Below, piece by piece: positions 1-8,996 of a stretch of DNA of 64,000 nucleotides. The DNA is from an uncultured Actinomycetes bacterium. GTDB lineage: Bacteria; Actinomycetota; UBA4738; HRBIN12. The stretch lies in NCBI GenBank assembly GCA_963704885.1, contig CAVPIB010000001.1:832001-896000 (forward strand), given 5' to 3'. The translations under genes and the position numbers were made by a program. How positions within the stretch are numbered: the stretch's first letter is position 1; each line of letters begins with the position of its first letter. The notes under the pieces are model-generated. The model searched no databases. It was not told where the DNA came from and saw only the letters and a program-made list of their open reading frames with translations.

Positions 1-618
1 ATCGTGATGAGCGATCACGGCGCGCGTCCCATGATGGGCGGCCTTTGCTTCAACGACTGGTTGATGCAGGAGGGTTACCTGGCCATGACCGAGTCGCTCT
101 CCGGACCGACGCCGATCGCGAAAGCGCCGATCGACTGGAGCCGCACGGTGGCGTGGGGCGACGGCGGCTACTACGGTCGCTGTTTCCTGAACGTGAAAGG
201 CCGCGAGCCCCAGGGCGTCGTGGAACCGTCGCTGTACGAGGCTGTGCGCGACGAGCTGATAGCCAAGCTCGAGGCCGCACCGGGGCCGGACGGCGAGCCG
301 CTCGGCACCAAGGTGCTGAAGCCGCAGGACGTCTACCCCGAGGTCCGGGGTGTCGCGCCCGACCTGCTCGTCTACTTCGGCGACCTCGAGTGGCGCTCGG
401 TCGGCTCGGTGGGCAACGCCAGCATCTACACCTACGAGAACGACACCGGCCCCGACGGGGCCAACCACGATCGGACGGGCATCTTCGCCATGAAAGGTCT
501 GCCCGGTCAGCCCATGGGCCGTGTCGAGGGGATGAACCTCGTCGACGTCGGCCCGACCATCCTCAAGCTGTATGGGATCGAGGCGCCCGAGGGCGCCGTC
601 GGAAGGAGCTTCCTGTGA
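1..618 (+). CDS. Alkaline phosphatase superfamily / type I phosphodiesterase-nucleotide pyrophosphatase protein, 5'-truncated by the window edge
   Basis: SDHG motif, IDWSRTVAW...[10 protein letters not shown], and C-terminal [10 protein letters not shown]...LVDVGPTIL are typical of this family. Confidence 0.8.
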   Translation: MVMSDHGARPMMGGLCFNDWLMQEGYLAMTESLSGPTPIAKAPIDWSRTVAWGDGGYYGRCFLNVKGREPQGVVEPSLYEAVRDELIAKLEAAPGPDGEPLGTKVLKPQDVYPEVRGVAPDLLVYFGDLEWRSVGSVGNASIYTYENDTGPDGANHDRTGIFAMKGLPGQPMGRVEGMNLVDVGPTILKLYGIEAPEGAVGRSFL

Positions 619-1250
619 CGCAAGGAGACAAAGGGTTCACCGTTTGGTTCACCGGGCTCTCGGGCGCGGGCAAATCAACGATCGCCGAGATGCTGTACCA
701 CGAGTTCCAAGCGCGCGGTTTGAAGACCGAGATCCTGGACGGCGATGAGGTCCGCAAGAACCTCTCTAAGGGGCTTGGGTTCTCCAAGGAGGACCGCGAC
801 ACGAACATCCTGCGGATCGGGTTCGTCGCGAACCTGCTGACGCGCAACGGCGTGGCCACGATCTGTTGCCCGATCTCGCCGTACAAGGAAACGCGCGACG
901 CGTGTCGCGAGCTGATCGGTTCGGCCTCCTTCGTGGAGGTCTACGTGCACGCCACGGTGGACGAGATCGCGGCGCACCGCGACCCGAAGGGCCTCTACAA
1001 GAAGGCGTTGGCCGGAGAGATCAAGGGGTTCACCGGAGTGGACGACCCGTACGAGGCGCCGGAGAGCCCGGAGCTCGCGGTTGACACGATGGTGGAGTCA
1101 CCCGAGGAGTCCCTGCAGCGCGTGTTGGACACCCTGGCGTCGCTCGGACACATCGACGACGCCCAGGTCATGATCGAGGGCGATCGCGTCCACTCGGGCC
1201 TGACCGATCTACGCATCACCGACTCCGGTCACGTCGCGAAAGAGGCCTGA
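615..1250 (+). CDS. cysC: Adenylyl-sulfate kinase
   Basis: [13 protein letters not shown]-loop, [37 protein letters not shown]; GTG at 615 overlaps the upstream TGA (GTGA). Confidence 0.95.
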   Translation: MTQGDKGFTVWFTGLSGAGKSTIAEMLYHEFQARGLKTEILDGDEVRKNLSKGLGFSKEDRDTNILRIGFVANLLTRNGVATICCPISPYKETRDACRELIGSASFVEVYVHATVDEIAAHRDPKGLYKKALAGEIKGFTGVDDPYEAPESPELAVDTMVESPEESLQRVLDTLASLGHIDDAQVMIEGDRVHSGLTDLRITDSGHVAKEA

Positions 1251-1280
1251 GGCTCGCGGCGCGGCGCCGGGCTCCCGTTG

Positions 1281-1419
1281 TGTCAACCGGTGGACACGGG
1301 TCGCGGGTGTGGCCGACGCGAGGTGCAAACAGGTTGACGGGTGAACCAGCAGGTCGCACTCGTCAACCTGTGGACGCCGATCGGCGTGACGAGTGGGGAT
1401 CCGCGTCAATCGGTTGACG
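1281..1419. repeat. Cluster of four imperfect 16-bp palindromes (REP/BIME-like)
   Basis: TGTCAACCGGTGGACA 1281, TGCAAACAGGTTGACG 1324, CGTCAACCTGTGGACG 1361, CGTCAATCGGTTGACG 1404; lies between convergent genes. Confidence 0.6.
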
Positions 1420-1435
1420 CCACGCGATGTGGCCC

Positions 1436-2401
1436 TCAGGCGTCGGCGGGTTCGGCCGGGATCGCGCCCATCCTCCCGGCCTGGTAGTCCTCGACCGCTT
1501 GGATGATCTCGGCCTTGGTGTTCATGACGAACGGCCCGTACCAGGCGATCGGCTCCTCGATCGGCCGGCCGCCCAGGAGCAGGACCTCCATGGACGGGGT
1601 GCGCGAGTCCTGCACCTGATCGGCGGAGAGCTCCAGCCAGTCGCCCTCACCGTAGATCCCCAGCAGGCCCTCACCTATCGCCCGGTCGCGACCCTCGGGT
1701 CCCACGCGGCCGGTTCCAGCGAGCACGTAGACGAGAGCGTTGAAGTCCGTTCGCCATGGGACGCGCAGCCGCGCGCCCGCCGAGAGCGTGGCGTGTGCGT
1801 ACGTGATCGGGGTGCGGGTGCTGCCGGGTCCACCGTGGCCGTCGATCGCTCCGGCGATCACTCGGACGACGGCTCCGCCATCGTCCGAGGCCAGGAACGC
1901 CACGTTCTGCGAACCGATGTCCTGGTAGCGGGGCGGGCTCCACTTCTGATCCGCCGGCAGGTTCACCCAAAGCTGGATCCCGTGGAACAGACCACCACCG
2001 TCCAGGAGGTCCTCCGTGGGCATCTCCGAATGCACGATGCCCGCGCCGGCCGTCATCCACTGGGTGGCGCCGTCGGTGATCACCCCGCCGCCGCCGTTCG
2101 AGTCGCGGTGCCTGATCTTGCCGTCGATCATGTAGGTCACGGTCTCGAAGCCGCGGTGGGGATGATCGGGCGCGCCCTTTGCCTCGCCCGGCGCGTACTC
2201 GACCGCGCCCATGTGATCTAGCAGCAGGAACGGGTCGGCCAGGCGCAGGTCGATCCCGGCGAACGCTCTGCGGACCTCGAAGCCCTCGCCTTCCAGGAAA
2301 CGGGGGGCGTCGACAACGGCGACCACCTCGCGGGAGGTGCCCGCGTCGGGACGTGAGATCCGCGGGAGCGCGAGCGGGTCGTCGGGGGTCACGGCTGGCA
2401 T
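1436..2401 (-). CDS. Pirin family protein
   Basis: DPFLLLDHMG, HPHRGFETVTY, QWMTAGAGIVHSE, YGPFVMNT; start taken at ATG 2401 (MPAVT). Confidence 0.93.
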   Translation of the reverse strand: MPAVTPDDPLALPRISRPDAGTSREVVAVVDAPRFLEGEGFEVRRAFAGIDLRLADPFLLLDHMGAVEYAPGEAKGAPDHPHRGFETVTYMIDGKIRHRDSNGGGGVITDGATQWMTAGAGIVHSEMPTEDLLDGGGLFHGIQLWVNLPADQKWSPPRYQDIGSQNVAFLASDDGGAVVRVIAGAIDGHGGPGSTRTPITYAHATLSAGARLRVPWRTDFNALVYVLAGTGRVGPEGRDRAIGEGLLGIYGEGDWLELSADQVQDSRTPSMEVLLLGGRPIEEPIAWYGPFVMNTKAEIIQAVEDYQAGRMGAIPAEPADA

Positions 2402-2451
2402 GTCGCTGACAACCGTACCGCCGCCGGAGGCATTCCGCCTTGGTGCCCTGG

Positions 2452-2476
2452 TAGCCTGAGGTACATGAAGGTGTGA
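2452..2476 (+). promoter_or_regulatory. -10 box TAGCCT followed by a leaderless micro-ORF ATG-AAG-GTG-TGA (MKV)
   Basis: TAGCCT at 2452-2457, 7-nt spacer, ATGAAGGTGTGA at 2465-2476. Confidence 0.5.
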
Positions 2477-2510
2477 CGCCCATCCGGGAGCGGGTGGGCG
2501 TTCTGCGTTT
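2476..2510 (+). terminator. Terminator-like hairpin in the guaB3 leader
   Basis: ACGCCCATCCG-GGAG-CGGGTGGGCGT (11-bp stem, one G-U) followed by TCTGCGTTT. Confidence 0.55.
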
Positions 2511-2545
2511 CCGGGTTGCAGACGAGCGAGGCGGGGGTAGCGGGC

Positions 2546-3706
2546 ATGGAGTACGAGATCGGCATCGGCAAGACCGGCCGCCGGGCCTATGGCCTGGACG
2601 AGGTCGCGATCGTTCCGTCTCGACGGACCCGGGACCCCGACGACGTGGACATCAGCTGGGAGATCGACGCCTACACCTTCCCCTTGCCCATGATGGCCTC
2701 GGCGATGGACGCGTCGGTCTCGCCTACCACGGCGATCGAGATCGGGCGCCTGGGCGGCCTTGCCTGCCTGAACCTGGAGGGGCTGCAGACGCGCTACGAG
2801 GACCCCGAGCCGATCTTCGAGGAGATCGCGTCGCTGCCCGACGAGAAGGCGACTCGGCGCATGCAGGACCTCTACAAGGAGCCGGTCAAGCCCGAGCTGG
2901 TCGTGCAGCGGATCAAGGAGATCAAGCAGGGCGGCGTAGTCTCCAGCGCCTCGCTCACGCCGCAGCGGGTGACCGAGTACGCCCCGCTCGTGCTTGAGGC
3001 CGAGTTGGACATCCTGGTGATCCAGGGAACGGTGGTCTCCGCCGAGCACGTCTCCACGAAGACCGAGCCGCTCAACCTGAAGGAGTTCATCGCCACGTTC
3101 GACCTGCCGGTGATCGTGGGCGGGTGCGCGTCGTACTCGACCGCGCTGCACCTGATGCGCACCGGCGCCGTCGGCGTGCTGGTCGGCGTCGGACCTGGGA
3201 ACGCGTGCACCACGCGCGGTGTGATCGGGGTCGGGGTGCCGCAGGCCACGGCGATCGCCGACGCGGCGGCGGCGCGGCGCGAGCATCAACACGAGACCGG
3301 CCGCTACTGCCACGTGATCGCGGACGGCGGTCTGCGGACCGGCGGCGACATCGCGAAGGCGATCGCCTGCGGGGCCGACGCGGTGATGATGGGCTCGCCG
3401 CTCACGCGCGCGTACGAGGCGCCGGGCAAGGGGTACCACTGGGGGATGGCGACGTTCCATCCGACGCTCCCTAGAGGGGCACGCGTGAGGACGCAGCAGG
3501 TCGCCTCGCTCGAGGAGATCCTCACCGGTCCCGCCCACGAGAACGACGGCACGTTCAACCTGTTCGGCGCGCTCGCCACCAGCATGGCCACCACCGGCTA
3601 CGCGAACGTGAAGGAATTCCAGAAGGCGGAGCTAGTGATCGCGCCCGCGATCAAGACCGAGGGCAAGATCTACCAGACCCAGCAGCGCGTGGGGATGGGC
3701 CACTGA
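2546..3706 (+). CDS. guaB3: IMP dehydrogenase family protein (GuaB3 type)
   Basis: [32 protein letters not shown] (catalytic Cys), [17 protein letters not shown]; no CBS pair. Confidence 0.92.
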   Translation: MEYEIGIGKTGRRAYGLDEVAIVPSRRTRDPDDVDISWEIDAYTFPLPMMASAMDASVSPTTAIEIGRLGGLACLNLEGLQTRYEDPEPIFEEIASLPDEKATRRMQDLYKEPVKPELVVQRIKEIKQGGVVSSASLTPQRVTEYAPLVLEAELDILVIQGTVVSAEHVSTKTEPLNLKEFIATFDLPVIVGGCASYSTALHLMRTGAVGVLVGVGPGNACTTRGVIGVGVPQATAIADAAAARREHQHETGRYCHVIADGGLRTGGDIAKAIACGADAVMMGSPLTRAYEAPGKGYHWGMATFHPTLPRGARVRTQQVASLEEILTGPAHENDGTFNLFGALATSMATTGYANVKEFQKAELVIAPAIKTEGKIYQTQQRVGMGH

Positions 3707-5256
3707 AACCACAGCCCGACGACGCGCCGCGGGGGGTCCTGGTCGTCGACCTCGGGGCGCAGTACGCGCAGCTGATCGCGCGGCGCGTCCGGGAGTGTCA
3801 CGTCTATTCGGAGATCGTCGCTTTCGACACGCCGGTTTCGGATCTTCGGAAGATGCGGCCCGCGGGGCTCATCCTGTCCGGAGGCCCTGCGTCGGTCTAC
3901 GAGGAAGGTGCGCCCCGTGTCGATCCGCGGATCTTCGACCTGGGAGTACCGGTGCTCGGGATCTGTTACGGCCACCAGCTCATGACGCAGGCGCTGGGCG
4001 GTGAGGTCGCGGCTACTGGTCAGCGCGAGTACGGAGGCGTGACCCTGCACCTGGATAGGGCCGGCGTGTTGTTGGCCGACATGCACGAGACCGAGCCGGT
4101 TTGGATGAGCCACGGCGATGCGGTCGTTCGCGAACCTGAAGGGTTCCGAGTGACCGCGCACACCGACACCATCCCGATCGCCGCCATGGAAGACCCCGAG
4201 CGCGGCCTATACGCGGTGCAGTTCCACCCGGAGGTCAGTCACACGCCGAAAGGCTTGGCGATCATGAAGCGGTTCCTCTACGAGGGTTGCGGACTGCTTC
4301 CCGACTGGACCCCGGTGAACGTGATCGAACGTGCGGTGCAGGCGATCCGCGATCAGGTCGGGGACGCGGAGGTGCTCTGCGCGCTGTCCGGTGGCGTCGA
4401 TTCGTCCGTCGCCGCTCTGCTGGTGCACCGTGCGATCGGGGAACAGCTCACCTGCGTCTTCGTCGACCACGGCCTGAACCGTGAGGACGAGCCCGATCAG
4501 GTCGAGGAGACGTTCGCCCGCCACTTCCGCGTGCCGCTCGTGCACGTGAAGGCCGCCGACCGGTTCCTGGCGAAGCTGACCGGCGTCACCGATCCGGAGC
4601 GCAAGCGCAAGACGATCGGCGAGGAGTTCATCCGCGTATTCGAGGAGGTCGCGCACGAGCATTCGGGCGCGCGGTTCCTGGTGCAGGGGACGCTCTACCC
4701 CGATGTTATCGAGTCGGGCTCGGCCACCGCCGCGAACATCAAGAGCCATCACAACGTGGGCGGGCTCCCCGAGGACATGGAGCTGGAGCTTGTCGAACCG
4801 CTTCGCGAGTTGTTCAAAGACGAGGTCCGCGAGGTGGGCTCCGAGCTCGGTCTGCCCGAGGAGATCGTGTGGCGTCAGCCGTTCCCGGGGCCCGGTCTGG
4901 CGGTGCGGATAGTCGGGGAAGTGACCGCCGAGCGGCTGGCCATGTTGCGTGGCGCCGATCACATCGTCCGCGACGAGATCCGGCGGGCCGGCTTGGAACG
5001 CGATACGTGGCAGGCGTTCGCGGTGCTGCTCGCCGACGTGCAGTCAGTCGGCGTGATGGGCGATGGGCGGACCTACGAACACCCCGTGATCCTGCGGGTC
5101 GTCACGAGTGAGGACGCCATGACCGCCGACTGGGCGCGCCTACCACACGACCTGCTCGATCGTATCTCCAGCCGGATCGTGCGCGAGGTCCACGGCGTGA
5201 ACCGCGTGGCCTACGACATCACCTCGAAGCCCCCCGGCACCATCGAATGGGAGTGA
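3703..5256 (+). CDS. guaA: GMP synthase (glutamine-hydrolysing); start inferred at CTG 3703
   Basis: In-frame [20 protein letters not shown] lies upstream of the first ATG (3853); [34 protein letters not shown]. Confidence 0.95.
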   Translation: MKPQPDDAPRGVLVVDLGAQYAQLIARRVRECHVYSEIVAFDTPVSDLRKMRPAGLILSGGPASVYEEGAPRVDPRIFDLGVPVLGICYGHQLMTQALGGEVAATGQREYGGVTLHLDRAGVLLADMHETEPVWMSHGDAVVREPEGFRVTAHTDTIPIAAMEDPERGLYAVQFHPEVSHTPKGLAIMKRFLYEGCGLLPDWTPVNVIERAVQAIRDQVGDAEVLCALSGGVDSSVAALLVHRAIGEQLTCVFVDHGLNREDEPDQVEETFARHFRVPLVHVKAADRFLAKLTGVTDPERKRKTIGEEFIRVFEEVAHEHSGARFLVQGTLYPDVIESGSATAANIKSHHNVGGLPEDMELELVEPLRELFKDEVREVGSELGLPEEIVWRQPFPGPGLAVRIVGEVTAERLAMLRGADHIVRDEIRRAGLERDTWQAFAVLLADVQSVGVMGDGRTYEHPVILRVVTSEDAMTADWARLPHDLLDRISSRIVREVHGVNRVAYDITSKPPGTIEWE

Positions 5257-5257
5257 C

Positions 5258-5773
5258 GTGAACGAGCGCGAGCGCTTGGTCCTGGAACCTGGCAGTGTGG
5301 ATGCAGAGATCGGACGGTGGCTCGCCGCGTTCGAAGAGGCGCGCCGTGACACCATGCAGGTGCTCGCTGAGATCCCCGCGGAGACCGTGGATCGCGAACC
5401 GGGCGACGGCGGCGACTCCTTGGGCACCGTTCTGTATCACGTGGCGTTGGTCGAGGCGGACTGGGTGTTCACAGATGTACTGGATCGGCAAGACCGGATC
5501 CCGCGCGAGCTGTTCCCTTTCGATGATCGGGTCGAGGACGGACACCTTATGCCTGTGGTGGGCGAGTCGATGGAGCGTCACCTGGACAGGCTGGCCCAGA
5601 CGCGGATGCTCGTGCTGGACGTGCTGCGGTCGATGTCACAGGAGGACTTCCACCGGGCGCACGCGCGCGAGAGCTTCGATGTGGCGGCCGACTGGGTCGT
5701 GTTCCACCTGATCGACCACGAGGTGGAGCATCGCGTGCGGATCTCGGCGCTCCGCGACGCCTTCCGCGTCTAG
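5258..5773 (+). CDS. DinB/DUF664-like four-helix protein
   Basis: SLGTVLYHVALVEADW and WVVFHLIDHEVEHR His pattern. Confidence 0.8.
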   Translation: MNERERLVLEPGSVDAEIGRWLAAFEEARRDTMQVLAEIPAETVDREPGDGGDSLGTVLYHVALVEADWVFTDVLDRQDRIPRELFPFDDRVEDGHLMPVVGESMERHLDRLAQTRMLVLDVLRSMSQEDFHRAHARESFDVAADWVVFHLIDHEVEHRVRISALRDAFRV

Positions 5774-5776
5774 GGC

Positions 5777-6436
5777 TCAGTCGACGCGGTCGGCGATGAC
5801 GATGAGACGCTGGCTGGACGAGTAGCGCGGATGGCACGTGGTGAGCACCAGCGTCGGTTCTGGCGTCTGTGTCAGCACGACGCCCGAACCGGCAGAGGGG
5901 ATCACGAACACCTCCGACACCGCGTATGTGAACGTGCCGTATTCGGTCCGCAGTGTGATCTCGTCGCCCGTCTGCAGCTCATCCAGGTTGTAGAACGGGT
6001 GGAGGTACGTCGTGCGGTGTCCTGCGATCCCGACGCGGCCGCTCGCGTCCCACGGGTCGGCGGTGTCGGGGTAGTGGCCCGGGCCCTTCTTCAGTGATTC
6101 CTCGTCGGTGCCATGGACCACGATCATGTCTAGGTCGAGCTTGGGGATGATCAGCTCGGAGTAGGCCTGACCCCTTAGCGGCAGAGCGGTGGATCCGGGC
6201 GGGGGCGCTTCCGATATGGGCTTCGTTCCCACGACGCGCTCGAAGCCCTGTCGCAGGTCGTTCTGCGCGGCCTGCGTCTCAAGGCCGGTGCCCCAGAGCA
6301 GCCAGGCTATGTAGCCGCCGAGACCGGCCGCCACCATCAGGCAGGCGACACCGAACCACTTGAGGATCAGTCCACCCAGCGGTCTGTGGACGTGAGGCGT
6401 GGTTCGAGCTAGGGGAAGGGAGGCGTCGGTAGCCAC
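5777..6436 (-). CDS. Sortase (class E-like)
   Basis: N-terminal TM, GPGHYP, IAGHRTTY, LVLTTCHP (TLxTC-like), downstream Arg. Confidence 0.9.
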   Translation of the reverse strand: MATDASLPLARTTPHVHRPLGGLILKWFGVACLMVAAGLGGYIAWLLWGTGLETQAAQNDLRQGFERVVGTKPISEAPPPGSTALPLRGQAYSELIIPKLDLDMIVVHGTDEESLKKGPGHYPDTADPWDASGRVGIAGHRTTYLHPFYNLDELQTGDEITLRTEYGTFTYAVSEVFVIPSAGSGVVLTQTPEPTLVLTTCHPRYSSSQRLIVIADRVD

Positions 6437-6516
6437 GGTCGGACCAGCGTACCGGCGGGTCGGTGTACGAACAACGAGCCGGCGTGCCGGTCCTGGCCTC
6501 CACCTACAATCGACCC

Positions 6517-8802
6517 GTGGGCGCCCCGGTCTCCCCGTTGCTAGAAGGCCTGAACGACATCCAGGCCGAGGCCGTCCTGCACACGGAGGGCCCCGTCCTG
6601 ATCGTGGCTGGGGCCGGCTCCGGGAAGACCCGTGCCCTCACGCACCGGATCGCCTACCTGATCCGTGAGCACGACGTGTCGCCCGGCGCCATCTTGGCCA
6701 TCACGTTCACCAACAAGGCCGCGCGCGAGATGGTCGATCGCGTGGAGGGCCTACTGGGCGGCCGCGTGGCCAAGTTCATGTGGATCCTCACTTTCCACTC
6801 GACCTGTGCGCGGATCCTCAGACGGGAGCACACCCACCTGGGCGTACCGAGCAGCTTCACCATCTACGACGACGGCGACACCGAGCGCCTGATCTCCGGG
6901 ATCTTGAAAGACCTCGACCTGGATCCCAAGCGGTTCCCGCCGAAGGCGATGGCGGCCGGGATCGGCCGCGCGAAGGATCAGGTGCAGTCGGCCGACGATT
7001 ACGCGCGCAACGCCGACAACTTCTACGAGGAGACTATCGCCAAGGTCTACACCGAGTACGAGCGTCGCAAGCGCGCGGCGGGCGCGCTCGATTTCGACGA
7101 CCTGATCAGCGAGACGGTCCGCCTGTTCGATGATCACCCGGAGGTCTTGCAGCACTACCAGGAGCGGTTCCGCTACGTCCTGGTCGACGAGTACCAGGAC
7201 ACGAACCGCGCACAGTATCGGTTGGTCAACCAGCTCGCCGCCAAGCATCGCAACGTCTGCGTGGTCGGCGATGCAGACCAAGGTGTGTACTCGTGGCGCG
7301 GCGCAACCATCAAGAACATCCTGGACTTCGAGCGCGACTACCCCGACGCGGCGGTCTTCCTGATGGAGCAGAACTACCGCTCCACCCAGAACATCCTGGA
7401 GATCGCGAACGCGCTCATCGAACACAACGTTCAGCGCAAGCCGAAGAGCCTGTGGACCGAGGCGGGGAACGGCGACCTAACCGTGCAGTACCGCGCGGAG
7501 GACGAGCACGACGAGGCGTTCTTCCTGGCAGATGAGATCGAGCGGCTGCGCCAGTCCGAGGGATATCGCTATCGCGACATGGCCATCTTCTACCGCACCA
7601 ACGCGCAATCGCGGGTGATAGAGGACGTGCTGATTCGCGTGGGAAGCCCGTACCGCGTGTTCGGCGGCGTGAGGTTCTATCAACGGAGAGAGATCAAGGA
7701 CGTGCTGGGCTACCTGCGGCTGCTCCTGAACCCGCAGGACGTGATCTCGTTCCGTCGCGTCGTGAACATGCCGAAGCGCGGGATAGGCGACGCCACCGTG
7801 ACCACGCTGGAGGCGTTCGCGCGAGACGAGGAGATCTCCGTCGTCGAGGCCTGCCGGCGCGTAGACCAGATCGCCACGCTCCAGTCGCGCGCGAAGGGTG
7901 CGGTCTTCGGATTCGTGCAGGTGATGGATGCGCTGCAGCATCACTGGGAGGACGGCGCGGGACCGGCTCGCATGGTCGAGTTCGCGGGGCTGGAGTCGGG
8001 CTACATGACCGAGCTGGAGGAGGATCGAACCGTCGAGGCACAAGGCCGGATCGAGAACCTGCAGGAGTTGGCCGGCGTGGCCGCCGAGATCGTGGCGCGA
8101 GAGCCCGATACCGACCTGGCCGGGTTCCTGGAGCAAGTCTCGCTGGTGGGCGAGCAGGACGAGTACGACGAGGACGAGTCGGCGATCACGCTGATGACGC
8201 TCCACATCGCCAAGGGCTTGGAGTTCCCGGTTGTGTTCATGGTGGGCATGGAGGACGGGATCTTCCCGCACTACCGCTCCATGACCGACACGGCGGCCCT
8301 GGAAGAGGAGCGGCGCCTGGCCTACGTTGGCATCACCCGAGCGCAGAAGCGTCTCTACTTATGTCACGCGTGGAGCCGAACCTTGTTCGGCCAAACCCAG
8401 TACAACCCGCCCTCCAGGTTCCTGGCCGAGCTCCCCGAACACTTGATGGAGCTGAAGGAGCATGAGTCACGCTCGCGGCCGCGGCGTGACGGGCGTCCGG
8501 CGGCGCGGACCTCGCTGGAGCAGCGCGGCGCGGCTGGTGGGCACTCGGTGATTGGACTGCCGGGGGCGTCCGGTCGCGTGGACGTGGAGAACGGATGGAC
8601 ACCGCCTAAGCCGGCCGGAGTAGCCAAACAGCCTTCGGTCCCGATCGATGCGGGCGACACGGTGATCCACGATCGCTGGGGCGAGGGCGTGGTGCTCACC
8701 GTGAGCGGGATGGGCGACGACGCGGAGGCCACGATCACGTTCTCGGACGTGGGGGAGAAGCGGGTGCTCCTGGCCTACGCTCCGCTCAAGAAGGTCGGCT
8801 GA
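6517..8802 (+). CDS. pcrA: ATP-dependent DNA helicase PcrA/UvrD1
   Basis: AGAGSGKT, TFTNKAA, VDEYQD, VGDADQ, QNYRS, HIAKGLEF, EEERRLAYVGITRA, C-terminal Tudor-like domain; start GTG 6517 lies 6 nt after TACAAT. Confidence 0.95.
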   Translation: MGAPVSPLLEGLNDIQAEAVLHTEGPVLIVAGAGSGKTRALTHRIAYLIREHDVSPGAILAITFTNKAAREMVDRVEGLLGGRVAKFMWILTFHSTCARILRREHTHLGVPSSFTIYDDGDTERLISGILKDLDLDPKRFPPKAMAAGIGRAKDQVQSADDYARNADNFYEETIAKVYTEYERRKRAAGALDFDDLISETVRLFDDHPEVLQHYQERFRYVLVDEYQDTNRAQYRLVNQLAAKHRNVCVVGDADQGVYSWRGATIKNILDFERDYPDAAVFLMEQNYRSTQNILEIANALIEHNVQRKPKSLWTEAGNGDLTVQYRAEDEHDEAFFLADEIERLRQSEGYRYRDMAIFYRTNAQSRVIEDVLIRVGSPYRVFGGVRFYQRREIKDVLGYLRLLLNPQDVISFRRVVNMPKRGIGDATVTTLEAFARDEEISVVEACRRVDQIATLQSRAKGAVFGFVQVMDALQHHWEDGAGPARMVEFAGLESGYMTELEEDRTVEAQGRIENLQELAGVAAEIVAREPDTDLAGFLEQVSLVGEQDEYDEDESAITLMTLHIAKGLEFPVVFMVGMEDGIFPHYRSMTDTAALEEERRLAYVGITRAQKRLYLCHAWSRTLFGQTQYNPPSRFLAELPEHLMELKEHESRSRPRRDGRPAARTSLEQRGAAGGHSVIGLPGASGRVDVENGWTPPKPAGVAKQPSVPIDAGDTVIHDRWGEGVVLTVSGMGDDAEATITFSDVGEKRVLLAYAPLKKVG

Positions 8803-8809
8803 GCCCGGG

Positions 8810-8971
8810 TCAGCGGAACAGGGCGAGGTACGCGGCGACCACGATGACCAGGCCGGCGACGATCGGGGCGATCACCCATGCCAGGCCGAGTCGGCCACGA
8901 TAGGGTCCGAGGGTGCCGACCTTGGTGGTGGGCTTGAGGCCCGGGGGGCGGATCTGGAACCGTTTGGGCAT
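8810..8971 (-). CDS. Small (53 aa) single-TM membrane protein
   Basis: MPKRFQIRPPGLKP...LGLAWVIAPIVAGLVIVVAAYLALFR; TATACT 8 nt upstream of the ATG. Confidence 0.6.
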   Translation of the reverse strand: MPKRFQIRPPGLKPTTKVGTLGPYRGRLGLAWVIAPIVAGLVIVVAAYLALFR

Positions 8972-8996
8972 GAGAACCGAGTATAGGAGTGGCCCG

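Noticed and set aside
45-614. Long N-terminal extension of CysC in the ORF track
   Set aside because: Arg-rich off-frame read of the upstream gene; the real start is GTG 615.
1281-1419. Mini CRISPR array
   Set aside because: Units are only 16 bp, degenerate and alternating in orientation, and no cas genes are present.
2402-3538. 700-aa pirin fusion
   Set aside because: The extension is antisense to guaB3, a high-GC shadow frame.
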